Position numbers and translations under genes: made by a program. This document shows positions 13,501 to 25,500 of a stretch of DNA of 64,000 bases, piece by piece. The notes beneath the pieces were generated by a model. That model searched no databases, was not told where the DNA came from, and worked only from the letters and a program-made list of their open reading frames with translations. Source of the DNA: Heterodontus francisci (taxonomy: Eukaryota). The stretch is from contig NC_090383.1 in NCBI RefSeq assembly GCF_036365525.1, positions 120,344,531 to 120,408,530 on the forward strand, in the 5' to 3' direction. Numbering within the stretch: the stretch's first letter is position 1; every line of letters starts with the position of its first letter.

Positions 13501-16500
13501 ACCTTTCCCGTATCCAGGGAATTTTGGAATATTATAACCAATGGATCCACTATCTCCACTGCCACTTCCTTTAAGATCCTAGGATGTCGGCCGTCAGGCC
13601 CTGGGGACTTGTCTGCCTTCAATCCCAATAGTTTGCTCAGTACTTTTTCCCTTGTGATGATGATTGTTCTAAGTTCCTCTCTTTCTATAACCTCTGCATT
13701 ACCTGTTACTATTGGGATGGTACTAGTGTCCTCCACTGTGAAAACTGAGGCAAAATACTGATTTAGTGTCTCTGCCATTTCTGTGTCCCTTCTATTAACT
13801 CCCCAGTCTCATCCTCCAAGGGACCAACATTCACTTTAGCTACTCTCTTCCCTTTTATATACATATAGAAGCTTTTGCTATCCGTTTTTATATTTTGCGC
13901 TAGTTTTCTTCAATATTTACCTTTGCTCTTTTTATTACATTTTTAGTAACCCTTTGTTGATCTTTAAAAGTTTCCCAATCTTCCAGCCTGCCACTGGCCT
14001 TTGCAATATGGTATGCCTTAGTTTTGTCTTTATGTAATCCTTAACTTCCTTGCTCAGCCATAGATGTTTTTTCCCCTCCTTAGAATCTTTCTTCCTCTCT
14101 GGAATATATTTTAGTTGGGAGGAATTGAATATCTCCTTAAACATCTGCCGCTGCTCATCAACTGTCCTACCTTGTAGTCTCCCTGCCCAGTCCACTGGAG
14201 CCAAATCTGTCTTCATGTCTATATAATTACCTTTGTTTAACTCCAGAACACTCGTGTGGGACTCCAGCTTCTCGCCCTCAAACTGAATTTGAAATTCTAG
14301 CATGCAATGAAATCTTTTCCCTAGAGGATCCGTAACAATGAGATCACTTATTAATCCCACCTCATTACAAAATACCAAATCTAGAATAGCCTACTCCCTG
14401 GTTGGTTCCACAACATATTGCTCCAAAAAACAATCTCTAATACATTCAATGAACTCTCCCTCGAGGCTACCCTTGCCAATTTGACTAATCCAGTCTATAT
14501 GCATATTAAAATCACCCATGATTATTGCCGTACCTTTCTTACAAGCCCCCAGTATTTCCTGGTTTATACTGTGCCCCACTGCGGAACTACTGTTTGGGGA
14601 CCTATAGATTACTCCCACCAGGGACTTCTTTTCCTTGCTATTTCTTATTTCTACCCAGACTAATTCTACGTCTTGATCTCCAGTGCCTATATCATTTCTC
14701 ACTACAGCACTGATCTCTTCCTTTACTAACAAAGCTACACCTCCTCCTTTTCCTTCCTGCCTATCTTTCCAAAATGCTGAGGACCCTTGGATATTCAATT
14801 CCCAAACCTGGTTTCCCTGCAACCACGTCTCAGTAATCGCCACTAAATCATACCCATTTGCCTCTATTTGCGATGTTAACTCATTTATTTTATTCCGAAT
14901 GCTCCGTGCATTCAGATACAAAGCCTTTAAGTTTGTTCTATTATTAAATTCCCCTACTCTTGTACGATTTCTTGGTGCAATATGATGTTCACACATTCTG
15001 TCCCTTCCTTTTATTTTCTGGTAACAATCAGCCTCATCACTAACCTGCACTCCTACCTTCTCCTTTAACTTCCTAATTTTCCATGCAACTGAACCGTTCC
15101 CCCCCGCTATTTAGTTTAAAGCCCTATCTACAGCCCTAGTTATACGATTCGCCAGGACTCTGGTCCCAGGATGATTCAGGTGGAGCCCATCCCATCGGAA
15201 CAGCTCCCTCCTTCCCCAGTACTGGTGCCAATGTCCCACGAATTCAAACCCATTTCTCCCACGCCAATCTTTGAGCCACACATTTACCTCTTTAATCTTA
15301 TTGACCCTTTGCCAGTTTACTTGTGGCTCAGGTAGTAATCTGGAGATTATTGCCTTTTTGGTTCTGCTTTTTAATTTAGCCACTAACTGCTCATATTCCC
15401 TCAGCAGAACCTCTAACCTCATTCTACCTATATTGTTGGTACCTACGTCGACCACGACAACTGGATCTTTCCCCTCCTACTCCAAGTTCCTCTGCAGCCC
15501 AGATGAGATATCCTGAACCCTGGCACCAGGGAGGCAACACAGCCTTCGGGACTCTCGATCCTGGCTACAGAGAACAGTGCCTATGCCCCTAACTATACTA
15601 TCCCCGATTACGACTACATTTCTCTTTTTTGCCCCCACTTGAATGGCTCCCTGTACCACGGTGCTATGGTCAGTTTGCTCATCCTCCCTACAGTCCCTGC
15701 TCTCATCCACACAGGGAGCTAGAATCTCAAACCTGTTAGACAAGGACAATGGCTGAGGCTCTGGCAGCACTACCTCCCGGATCCCTCTACCTGCCTCACT
15801 CATAGTCACACTCTCCTGTCCCTGACCACTGGATGAATTCAAGGTAGTTAATCTAAGGGGTGTGACTGCCTCCTGAAACACAGCGTCCAGGTAACTCTCC
15901 CCCTCCCTGATGTGTCACAGTGTCTGAAGCTCAGACACCAGCTCATCAACTCTGAGCCAGAGTTCCTTGAACAGCCAACACTTGCGACAGATGTGTTCAC
16001 CAGGAACCACAATGGGGTCCACCAGCTCCCACATCATGCAGGTACAACACATCACCTGGCCCGGCAATTCTATTGTATTTAATTAGATTTTAATTTGTTA
16101 TTTAAATTTCCGACTGGTCTTCAGTTTTTTTTAATCCGCTTCAGTCTTTAGTTTATAGACATATAAATCAATCAGGTCTTACTCTATGTTCATTCAATTA
16201 CATTAAATTAAAGACTTACCTGAATACTGACCCCAGCTGCTCTCTGTTTCCCTGCTCTCACTCTTCAATGTGATGTCACTTCTCAAGTTTTTTTTTCCGG
16301 CTCCTCGGGCTCCGCTCCTCCGTCTCTCTCCCACACAAACCTCCGGTCCTGCTGCTCCTCGGGCTCCGCTCCTCCGTCTCTCTCCCACACAAACCTCCGG
16401 TCCTGCTGCTCCTCGGGCTCCGCTCCTCCGTCTCTCTCCCACACAAACCTCCGGTCCTGCTGCTCCTCGGGCTCCGCTCCTCTCCGTCTCTCTCCCACAC

Positions 16501-19500
16501 AAACCTCCGGTCCTGCTGCTCCTCGGGCTCCGCTCCTCTCCGTCTCTCTTCCACACAAACCTCCGGTCCTGCTGCTCCTCGGGCTCCGCTCCTCTCTGTC
16601 TCTCTCCCACACAAACCTCCGGTCCTGCTGCTCCTCGGGCTCCGCTCCTCCGTCTCTCTCCCACACAAACCTCCGGTCCTGCTGCTCCTCGGGCTCCGCT
16701 CCTCCGTCTCTCTCCCACACAAACCTCCGGTCCTGCTGCTCCTCGGGCTCCGCTCCTCCGTCTCTCTCCCACACAAACCTCTGGTCCTGCTGCTCCTCGG
16801 GCTCTGCTCCTCTCCGTCTCTCTCCCACACAAACCTCCGGTCCTGCTGCTCCTCGGGCTCCGCTCCTCTCCGTCTCTCTCCCACACAAACCTCCGGTCCT
16901 GCTGCTCCTCGGGCTCTGCTCCTCTCCGTCTCTCTCCCACACAAACCTCCGGTCCTGCTGCTCCTCGGGCTCCACTCCTCCGTCTCTCTCCCACACAAAC
17001 CTCCGGTCCTGCTGCTCCTCGGGCTCTGCTCCTCCGTCTCTCTCCCACACAAACCTCCGGTCCTGCTGCTCCTCGGGCTCCGCTCCTCTCCGTCTCCCAC
17101 ACAAACCTCCGGTCCTGCTGCTCCTCGGGTTCCGCTCCTCTCCGTCTCTCTCCCACACAATCCTCCGGTCCTGCTGCTCCTCGGGTTCCGCTCCTCTCCG
17201 TCTCTCTCCCACACAATCCTCCAGTCCTGCTGCTCCTCGGGTTCCGCTCCTCTCTGTCTCTCTCCCTCACAAACCTCCGGTCCTGCTGCTCCTCGGGTTC
17301 CGCTCCTCTCCGTCTCTCTCCCACACAATCCTCCGGTCCTGCTGCTCCTCGGGTTCCGCTCCTCTCTGTCTCTCTCCCACACAAACCTCCGGTCCTGCTG
17401 CTCCTCGGGCTCCGCTCCTCTCTGTCTCTCTCCCACACAAACCTCCGGTCCTGCTGCTCCTCGGGCTCCGCTCCTCTCTGTCTCTCTCCCACACAAACCT
17501 CTGGTCCTGCTGTTCCTCGGGCTCCGCTCCTCTCTGTCTCTCTCCCACACAAACCTCCGGTCCTGCTACTCCTCGGGCTCCGCTCCTCTCTGTCTCTCTC
17601 CCACACAAACCTCCGGTCCTGCTACTCCTCGGGCTCCGCTCCTATCTGTCTCTCTCCCACACAAACCTCCGGTCCAGCTGCTCCTCAGGCTCTGCTCCTC
17701 TCTGTCTCTCTCCCACACAAACCTCCGGTCCTGCTACTCCTCGGGCTCCGCTCCTCTCCGTCTCCCACACAAACCTCCGGTCCTGCTACTCCTCGGGCTC
17801 CGCTCCTCTCTGTCTCTCTCCCACACAAACCTCCGGTCCTGCTACTCCTCGGGCTCCGCTCCTATCTGTCTCTCTCCCACACAAACCTCCGGTCCAGCTG
17901 CTCCTCAGGCTCTGCTCCTCTCTGTCTCTCTCCCACACAAACCTCCGGTCCTGCTGCTCCTCGGGCTCCGCTCCTCTCCGTCTCCCACACAAACCTCCGG
18001 TCCTGCAACTCCTCGGGCTCCGCTCCTCTCTGTCTCTCTCCCACACAAACCTCCGGTCCTGCTACTCCTTGGGCTCCGCTCCTCTCCGTCTCCCACACAA
18101 ACCTCCGTTCCTGCTGCTCCTTGGGCTCCGCTCCTCTCTGTCTCTCTCCCACACAAACCTCCGGTCCTGCTGCTCCTCGGGCTCCGCTCCTCTCCGTCTC
18201 CCACACAAACCTCCGGTCCTGCAACTCCTCGGACTCCGCTCCTCTCTGTCTCTCTCCCACACAAACCTCCGGTCCTGCTACTCCTCAGGCTCCGCTCCTC
18301 TCTGTCTCTCTCCCACACAAACCTCCGGTCCTGCTGCTCCTCGTGCTCCGCTCCTCTCTGTCTCTCTCCCACACAAACCTCCGGTCTTGCTGCTCCTCGG
18401 GCTCTGCTCCTCTCTGTCTCTCTCCCACACAAACCTCCAGTCCTTCTACTCCTCGGGCTCCGCTCCTCTCCGTCTCTCTCCCACACAAACCTCCGGTCCT
18501 GCTGCTCCTCGGGCTCCGCTCCTCTCTGCCTCTCTCCCACACAAACCTCTGTTCCTGCTGCTCCTCGGGCTCCGCTCCTCTCTGTCTCTCTCCCACACAA
18601 ACCTCCTCCGGTCCTGCTGCTCCTCGGGCTCTGCTCCTCTCTGTCTCTCTCCCACACAAACCTCCAGTCCTTCTACTCCTCGGGCTCCGCTCCTCTCTGT
18701 CTCTCTCCCACACAAACCTCCAGTCCTTCTACTCCTCGGGCTCCGCTCCTCTCTGTCTCTCTCCCACACAAACCTCCGGTCCTGCTGCTCCTCGGGCTCC
18801 GCTCCTCTCCGTCTCACTCCCACACAAACCTCCGGTCCTGCTGCTCCTCGGGCTCCGCTCCTCTCTGTCTCTCTCCCACACAAACCTCCGGTCCTGCTGC
18901 TCCTCGGGCTCCGCTCCTCTCTGTCTCTCTCCCACACAAACCTCCGGTCCTGCTGCTCCTCGGGCTCCGCTCCTCTCTGTCTCTCTCCCACACAAATCTC
19001 CGGTCCTGCTGCTCCTCGGGCTCCGCTCCTCTCTGTCTCTCTCCCACACAAACCTCCGGTCCTGCTGCTCCTCGGGCTCCGCTCCTCTCTGTCTCTCTCC
19101 CACACAAACCTCCGGTCCTGCTGCTCCTCGGGCTCCGCTCATCTCTGTCTCTCTCCCACACAAATCTCCGGTCCTGCTGCTCCTCGGGCTCCGCTCCTCT
19201 CTGTCTCTCTCCCACACAAACCTCCGGTCCTGCTGCTCCTCGGGCTCCGCTCCTCTCTGTCTCTCTCCCACACAAATCTCCGGTCCTGCTGCTCCTCGGG
19301 CTCCGCTCCTCTCTGTCTCTCTCCCACACAAACCTCCGGTCCTGCTGCTCCTCGGGCTCTGCTCCTCTCTGCCTCTTTTGAAATTCCATGTTTATTTGGA
19401 GAGTACTGAATTTGAGGTGGGTGTGACTGAAGCATTACAATATACCTTTCGCCACTTCCTTGCGAATGGATCTACATTTTATTTCTCCATGCTACTGAAA

Positions 19501-22500
19501 TAAAGCTGAACACATTAAAAAAAACTCTTCAATTATCATGATACCAGAAAGCATGCAATGACAAAAGGTTATTTACTGCACTGACCCCACTCCTCCCACA
19601 GTCCACATCCACTTTATTTACCCTGTCATCGACTTTATCCACCCATTTAATCCCCCACAGTCTATGTACACTCTCCCTTATCACGGAATCTTCTTTTTTA
19701 AATATGTTAAGGAAAAGTTCTGCAAACTACCTCACTAATCTCTAAATATAGTTCCGCACAACTGTACAATATCCACATAGATTCACCTTTTCATATTCAA
19801 TCCCAGCCAGTTGCTATTCATGGATAACATTTCAGTGACTGTAGTATCACCGGTTCATTCAGAACATTTGACTTTTCAGGAACTGCTGTTGTGGTCAACA
19901 AGCTTCCCTGTTTGGTTCATTTCACTTCTACCTTGCTTCGAACAAACACTTCTCTCTTGTATACATCTGCTGTTTCTTGAACTCATTTATACTGTCCATT
20001 TTCAATGAGGGCTCTGATAACTTATTCCATACTTTTATTACTCTCTGGGTAAAAAATCTCTGCCTATGTGTCTTCTTAGTCCTAACGTCCTAGAAATGCA
20101 TTTTTCTCTTTAATAGAATCCATAGCTTTGGAAGCTTTAATGACCACCAAACAAAATAGTGATTCAGCAGGATTTCCTGAATCACAGATTTGTTGGTAAA
20201 TCAACCACTGTAATATAGAATAATCACAAAACCAAGCCTACCATCCTTGATGTTGTTGAGTTCCATTTTTTCTGGCCCCTCAGTTTACAAACTGCTTTGT
20301 TAACATCAGCTGATGTCACAATAGTTCAACATTTTAGAAATTGTTGAATTTTGAATGGAGAAAATTTTCTTTCCTTTTTTGTGTTGAGCTCCATATGTTT
20401 ATCCAGGTCCACATACAGGTCCATTGGCTAATCTGGTCCTTATTCAGTATCCTGTTGAGCTAGTTTGTGAATGGCGCCATTACCAAGTCTCGGGGTTTCC
20501 ACCGTTTCAACCTTCACGTTTTCAGCCTTCCAGAAATATCACCAGTAACAATTACATTCTGAATGTGAATGTGCCCCTTGGTAATACAGCTGCCTACAGC
20601 TGCAGTGCGTGAAGCTACATCTATGCAGCAGGGACCCAGCTCAATATATCTGGTACAACCTTCTTACAGAGAGTGTAGAAATCGTTACTATGGTGAGGGG
20701 GTGCAGGGCGGGGGGTTTATTTGCCTCTTCCCCTGATTGACAGCAGGGGAAAGAATTTCCAGCAGTCTGGGACTGGTAGGCAGTGGCATGGATGCCTGCT
20801 TTACTCCGTGCGGATGAAATGCTCTCCAACTAACCCCAATTCTGGCACAGGAGGTGTTGGAGGACTCTATTGTGTGCAATGACACACTAACTGTGGGGAT
20901 TGTGGCCCATGCAATTTCAGAGCCTCTGCGTACAGCTTTCACTAACAAGTGAGAGGAATAAGGGTAGGTTTTCATTTTTCTGCCCATGATTAAAATAGCA
21001 TCGCAGATAGCAGCCAATTACAGAAGCAGCCCAAATTTCATTTTCAGTGAAATTAATGGAAATTAAAATTTATCAGTTTCTTTGAAAGATAACGATTTTC
21101 AACACCAATCTTACATTCAGCCGGCAGTTTGACTAATCCATAGAACATAGAACATAGAACATAGAACATACAGCACAGAACAGGCCCTTCGGCCCACAAT
21201 GTTGTGCCGATCCTTTGTCCTCTGTCAAGGACAATTTAATCTATACCCCATCATTCTCCTTTATCCATATACCTATCCAAAAGCCTTTTGAAAGTCCCTA
21301 AAGTTTCTGACTCAACAACTTCCCCGGGCAAGGCATTCCATGCCTCGACCACTCTCTGGGTAAAGAACCTTCCCCTGACATCCCCCTTATATCTCCCACC
21401 CTTCACCTTAAATTTATGACCCCTTGTAACGCTTTGCTCCACCCGGGGAAAAAGTTTCTGACTGTCTACCCTATCTATTCCCCTGATCATCTTATAAACC
21501 TCTATCATGTCACCCCTCATCCTTCTCCTTTCTAATGAGAAGAGGCCTAGAATGTTCAGCCTTTCCTCGTAAGACTTATTCTCCATTCCAGGCAACATCC
21601 TGGTAAATCTCCTCTGCACCCTCTCCAAGGCTTCCACATCCTTCCTAAAATGAGGCGACCAGAACTGCACACAGTACTCCAAATGAGGCCTTACCAAGGT
21701 CCTGCACAGCTGCATCATCACCTCACGGCTCTTAAATTCAATCCCTCTGCTAATGAACGCTAACACCCCATATGCCTTCTTCACAGCCCTATCCACTTGA
21801 GTTGCAACTTTCAATGATCTATGCACATAGACCCCAAGGTCTCTCTGCTCCTCCACATGCCCAAGAACCCTACCGTTAACCCAGTATTTTGCATTCATGT
21901 TTGTCCTTCCAAAATGGACGACCTCACACTTTTCAGGGTTAAACTCCATCTGCCACTTTTCAGCCCAGCACTGCAACCTATCCAAGTCCCTTTGCAGACG
22001 ACAATAGCCCTCCTCGGTATCCACAACTCCACCAACCTTTGTATCATCTGCAAATTTACTGACCCACCCTTCGACTTCCTCATCCAAGTCGTTAATAAAA
22101 ATCACAAACAGGAGAGGACCCAGAACTGATCCCTGCGGCACGCCACTGGTAACTGGGCTCCAGGCTGAGTATTTACCATCTAAGACCACTCTCTGCCTTC
22201 TATCAGTTAGCCAATTCTTAATCCAACTGGCCACATTCCCCACTATCCCATGCCTCCTGACTTTCTCCATAAGTCTACCATGGGGGACCTTGTCAAATGC
22301 CTTACTAAAATCCATGTACACCACATCCACTGGTTTACCCTCATCCACTTGCTTGGTCACCTGCTCAAAGAATTCAATCAGGCTTGTGAGGCAAGACCTA
22401 CCCCTCACAAAACCGTGCTGACTGTCCCGAATCAAGCAGTGTCTTTCCAGATGCTCAGAAATCCTATCCCTCAGCACCTTTTCCATCAACTTGCCTACCA

Positions 22501-25500
22501 CCGAAGTAAGACTAACTGGCCTGTAATTCCCAGGGTTGTTCCTATTCCCTTTCTTGAACAGGGGCACAACATTTGCCACCCTCCAATCACCTGGTACCAC
22601 CCCCGTCAGCAGAGAAGATGAAAAGATCATTGCCAGCGGCTCTGCAATTTCATCCCTTGCTTCCCATAACATCCTTGGATATACCCCGTCAGGCCCGGGA
22701 GACTTGTCTATCTTCAAGTTATTCAAAAACCGCAACACATCTTCCCTCCTAACGAGCACTTCCTCGAGCTTACCAGTCTGTTTCACACCGTCCTCTTCAG
22801 TAATACACCCCTTCTCATTCGTAAATACCGAAGAGAAGTACTCATTCAAAACCTCACTTATCTCTTCCGGCTCAACACACAGTCTCCCGCTATTGTCCTT
22901 GACCGGACCTACGGTCCCCCTAGTCATCCTCATATTTCTGACATACGCGTAAAAGGCCTTGGGGTTTTCTTTTATCCTACCCGCCAAGCATTTTTCATGC
23001 CCTCTCTTAGCTCTCCTAATCCCTTTCTTCAGATCCTTCCTGGCCATCTTGTATCCCTCCAGAGCTATGCCTGTGCCCTTTTTCCTCAACTTTATATACG
23101 CATCCTTCTTCTTCCTAACAAGACTCTCAACCTCTCTTGTCAACCACGGTTCCCTCACATGACCATCCCTTCCCTGTCTGACAGGGACATGCTTATCAAT
23201 GGCCCCTACTATCTGCTCCTTGAAAAAGTTCCACATTTCGACCGTGCCCTTCCCTGCCAGCATATGCTCCCAACTTATGCTCCTCAGTTCCTGCCTGACA
23301 GCATCATATCTACCCTTCCCCCAATTGTAAACCTTGCCCTGTTGCACATACCTATCCCTCTCCATTACCACAGTGAATGCTACAGAATTGTGATCACTAT
23401 CTCCAAAGTGCTCGCCCACCAACAGCTCTATCACTTGCCCTGGTTCATTACCTAGTACCAAATCCAATATTGCCTCCCCTCTGGTCGGGCAGTCTACATA
23501 CTGAGTCAGAAAAGCTTCCTGGACATACTGCACAAACACTACCCCATCCAAACTATTCGATCTAAAGAGTTGCCAATCAATATTTGGGAAGTTGAAATCC
23601 CCCATAATTACTACCCTGTGACTTCTGCTCCTTTCCAAAATCTGTTTCCCAATCTGCTCTTCCACCTCCCTGCTGCTATTGGGGGGCCTATAGAAAACTC
23701 CCATCAAGGTGACTGCTCCTTTCCTGTTCCTGACCTCAACCCACAGTGCCTCAGTCGGCAGATCCTCCTCGAAAATTCTTTCAGCAGTTGTTACACTATT
23801 TCTAACTAACAATGCCACCCCCCCACCTCTTTTACCACCATTCCTAATCTTATGAAAACATCTATAACCAGGTACCTCCAAAAACCATTCCTCCCCCTCA
23901 CCTATCCACGTTTCAGTGATGGCCACAACATCGTAGTCCCAAGTGCCCATCCACGCCTTCAATTCACTCACCTTATTCCTGATGCTTCTTGCGTTGAAGT
24001 ATACGCACTTTAACCCTTCTCCGTGCCCATCTGTCCTCTGTGACAGTGCTACCTTCCCCAATACCTCACTACACTCTTTGTCTTTCTGAGTGGACCCACT
24101 GGTCCCTGGATTACAAGTCCGGTTCCCATCCCCCTCCCAAACTAGTTTAAACCCTCCCGAACAGTACTAGCAAACCTCCCTCCCAGGATATTGGTGCCCC
24201 TCTGGTTCAGATGCAGCCCGTCCTGTTTGAACAGGTCCCATCTTCCCCAGAATGCAGTCCAATTATCCAAGAACTGGAAGCCCTCCCTCCTACACCATTC
24301 CTGCAGCCACGTGTTCAGCTGTGCTTTCTCCCTATTCCTAGCCTCACTATCACGTGGCGCCGGCAACAAACCAGAGATAACAACTCTGTCCGTCCGAGCT
24401 TTCAGCTTCCAGCCTAACTCCCTAAACTCACTTCTAACATCTGTGCCACCCTTCCTTCCTACGTCGTTGGTGCCAATGTGCACCACGACCTCTGGCTGCT
24501 CCCCCTCCCCTTTAAGGATCCTGAAGACGCGATCACAAACATCACGGACCCTGGCACCAGGGAGGCAACAAACCATCCGTGCGTCTCGCCTGCGCCCACA
24601 GAACCGCCTGTCCGTACTCCTCACCATCGAGTCCCCGATGACTAGTGCTCTCCCATTCTCCCTCCTTCCCTTCTGAGCCACAGTGCAGGACCCCGTGCCA
24701 GAGGCCCGGTCACTGCAGCCTGCCCCCGATAGGCCGTCCCCCCCAACAGTATCTAAAACTGTATACTTGTTGTTGAGGGGAACGACCACAGGAGATCCCT
24801 GCACTGACCTCTTCCCACCTCTAACTGTTACCCAGCTGCCTTTGATTTGTGGAGTAACGACCTCCGTGTAGCTTCTATCTATCAACCCCTCAGCTTCCCG
24901 AATGATCCTCAGTTCATCCAGCTCCAGCTCCAATTCCCTAACACGGTCTGATAGGAGCTGGAGACGGATGCACTTCCAGCAGGTGAAGTCGGCAGGGCCA
25001 CCGGAGGTTTCCCTCACCTCGAACATTCTGCAGGAGGAGCAATACTCTACACTGGCTGCCATTTCTTTTATTCAATTACCCCTTAGTTAAGTACAACTAT
25101 AGATATTAACAAAAACAGTAAATAGCTTACCTGCTCAGTCCTTTTTGGTTAGAGGAGGAGGGTAAAAAGGGTCTTATTATTACGTTAGAGGAGGAGGAAG
25201 GGTGGGAGACACTACATGTGTAGTGGTTCGGGTTTACTCAGCTCCGCACCTTTAAGGAAAATACCTACCCAGGAGTCCTCGCTGCCGACCAGCTTCCGGT
25301 TCCTCCGGCGCCAAAAGAAACTCAAAGACAAGGAAAACAGTAAGTAAAACAGTAAGTACTTACTTTTAAAACACAGCTCCTGATGCCTTCACTCACCCAC
25401 CGAAGAGTCGCTACCTTCTCCTGCTGCTCCGCCGGGAAATGAGGCCGAGTCCACGGAGCTCCGCACCTTTAAGGAAAATACCTACCCAGGAGTCCTCGCT

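Noticed and set aside
16203-19503. Long ORFs (up to 1077 aa) on both strands
   Set aside because: They are translations of a stop-poor 52-56 bp minisatellite, open in most frames, with no domain content.
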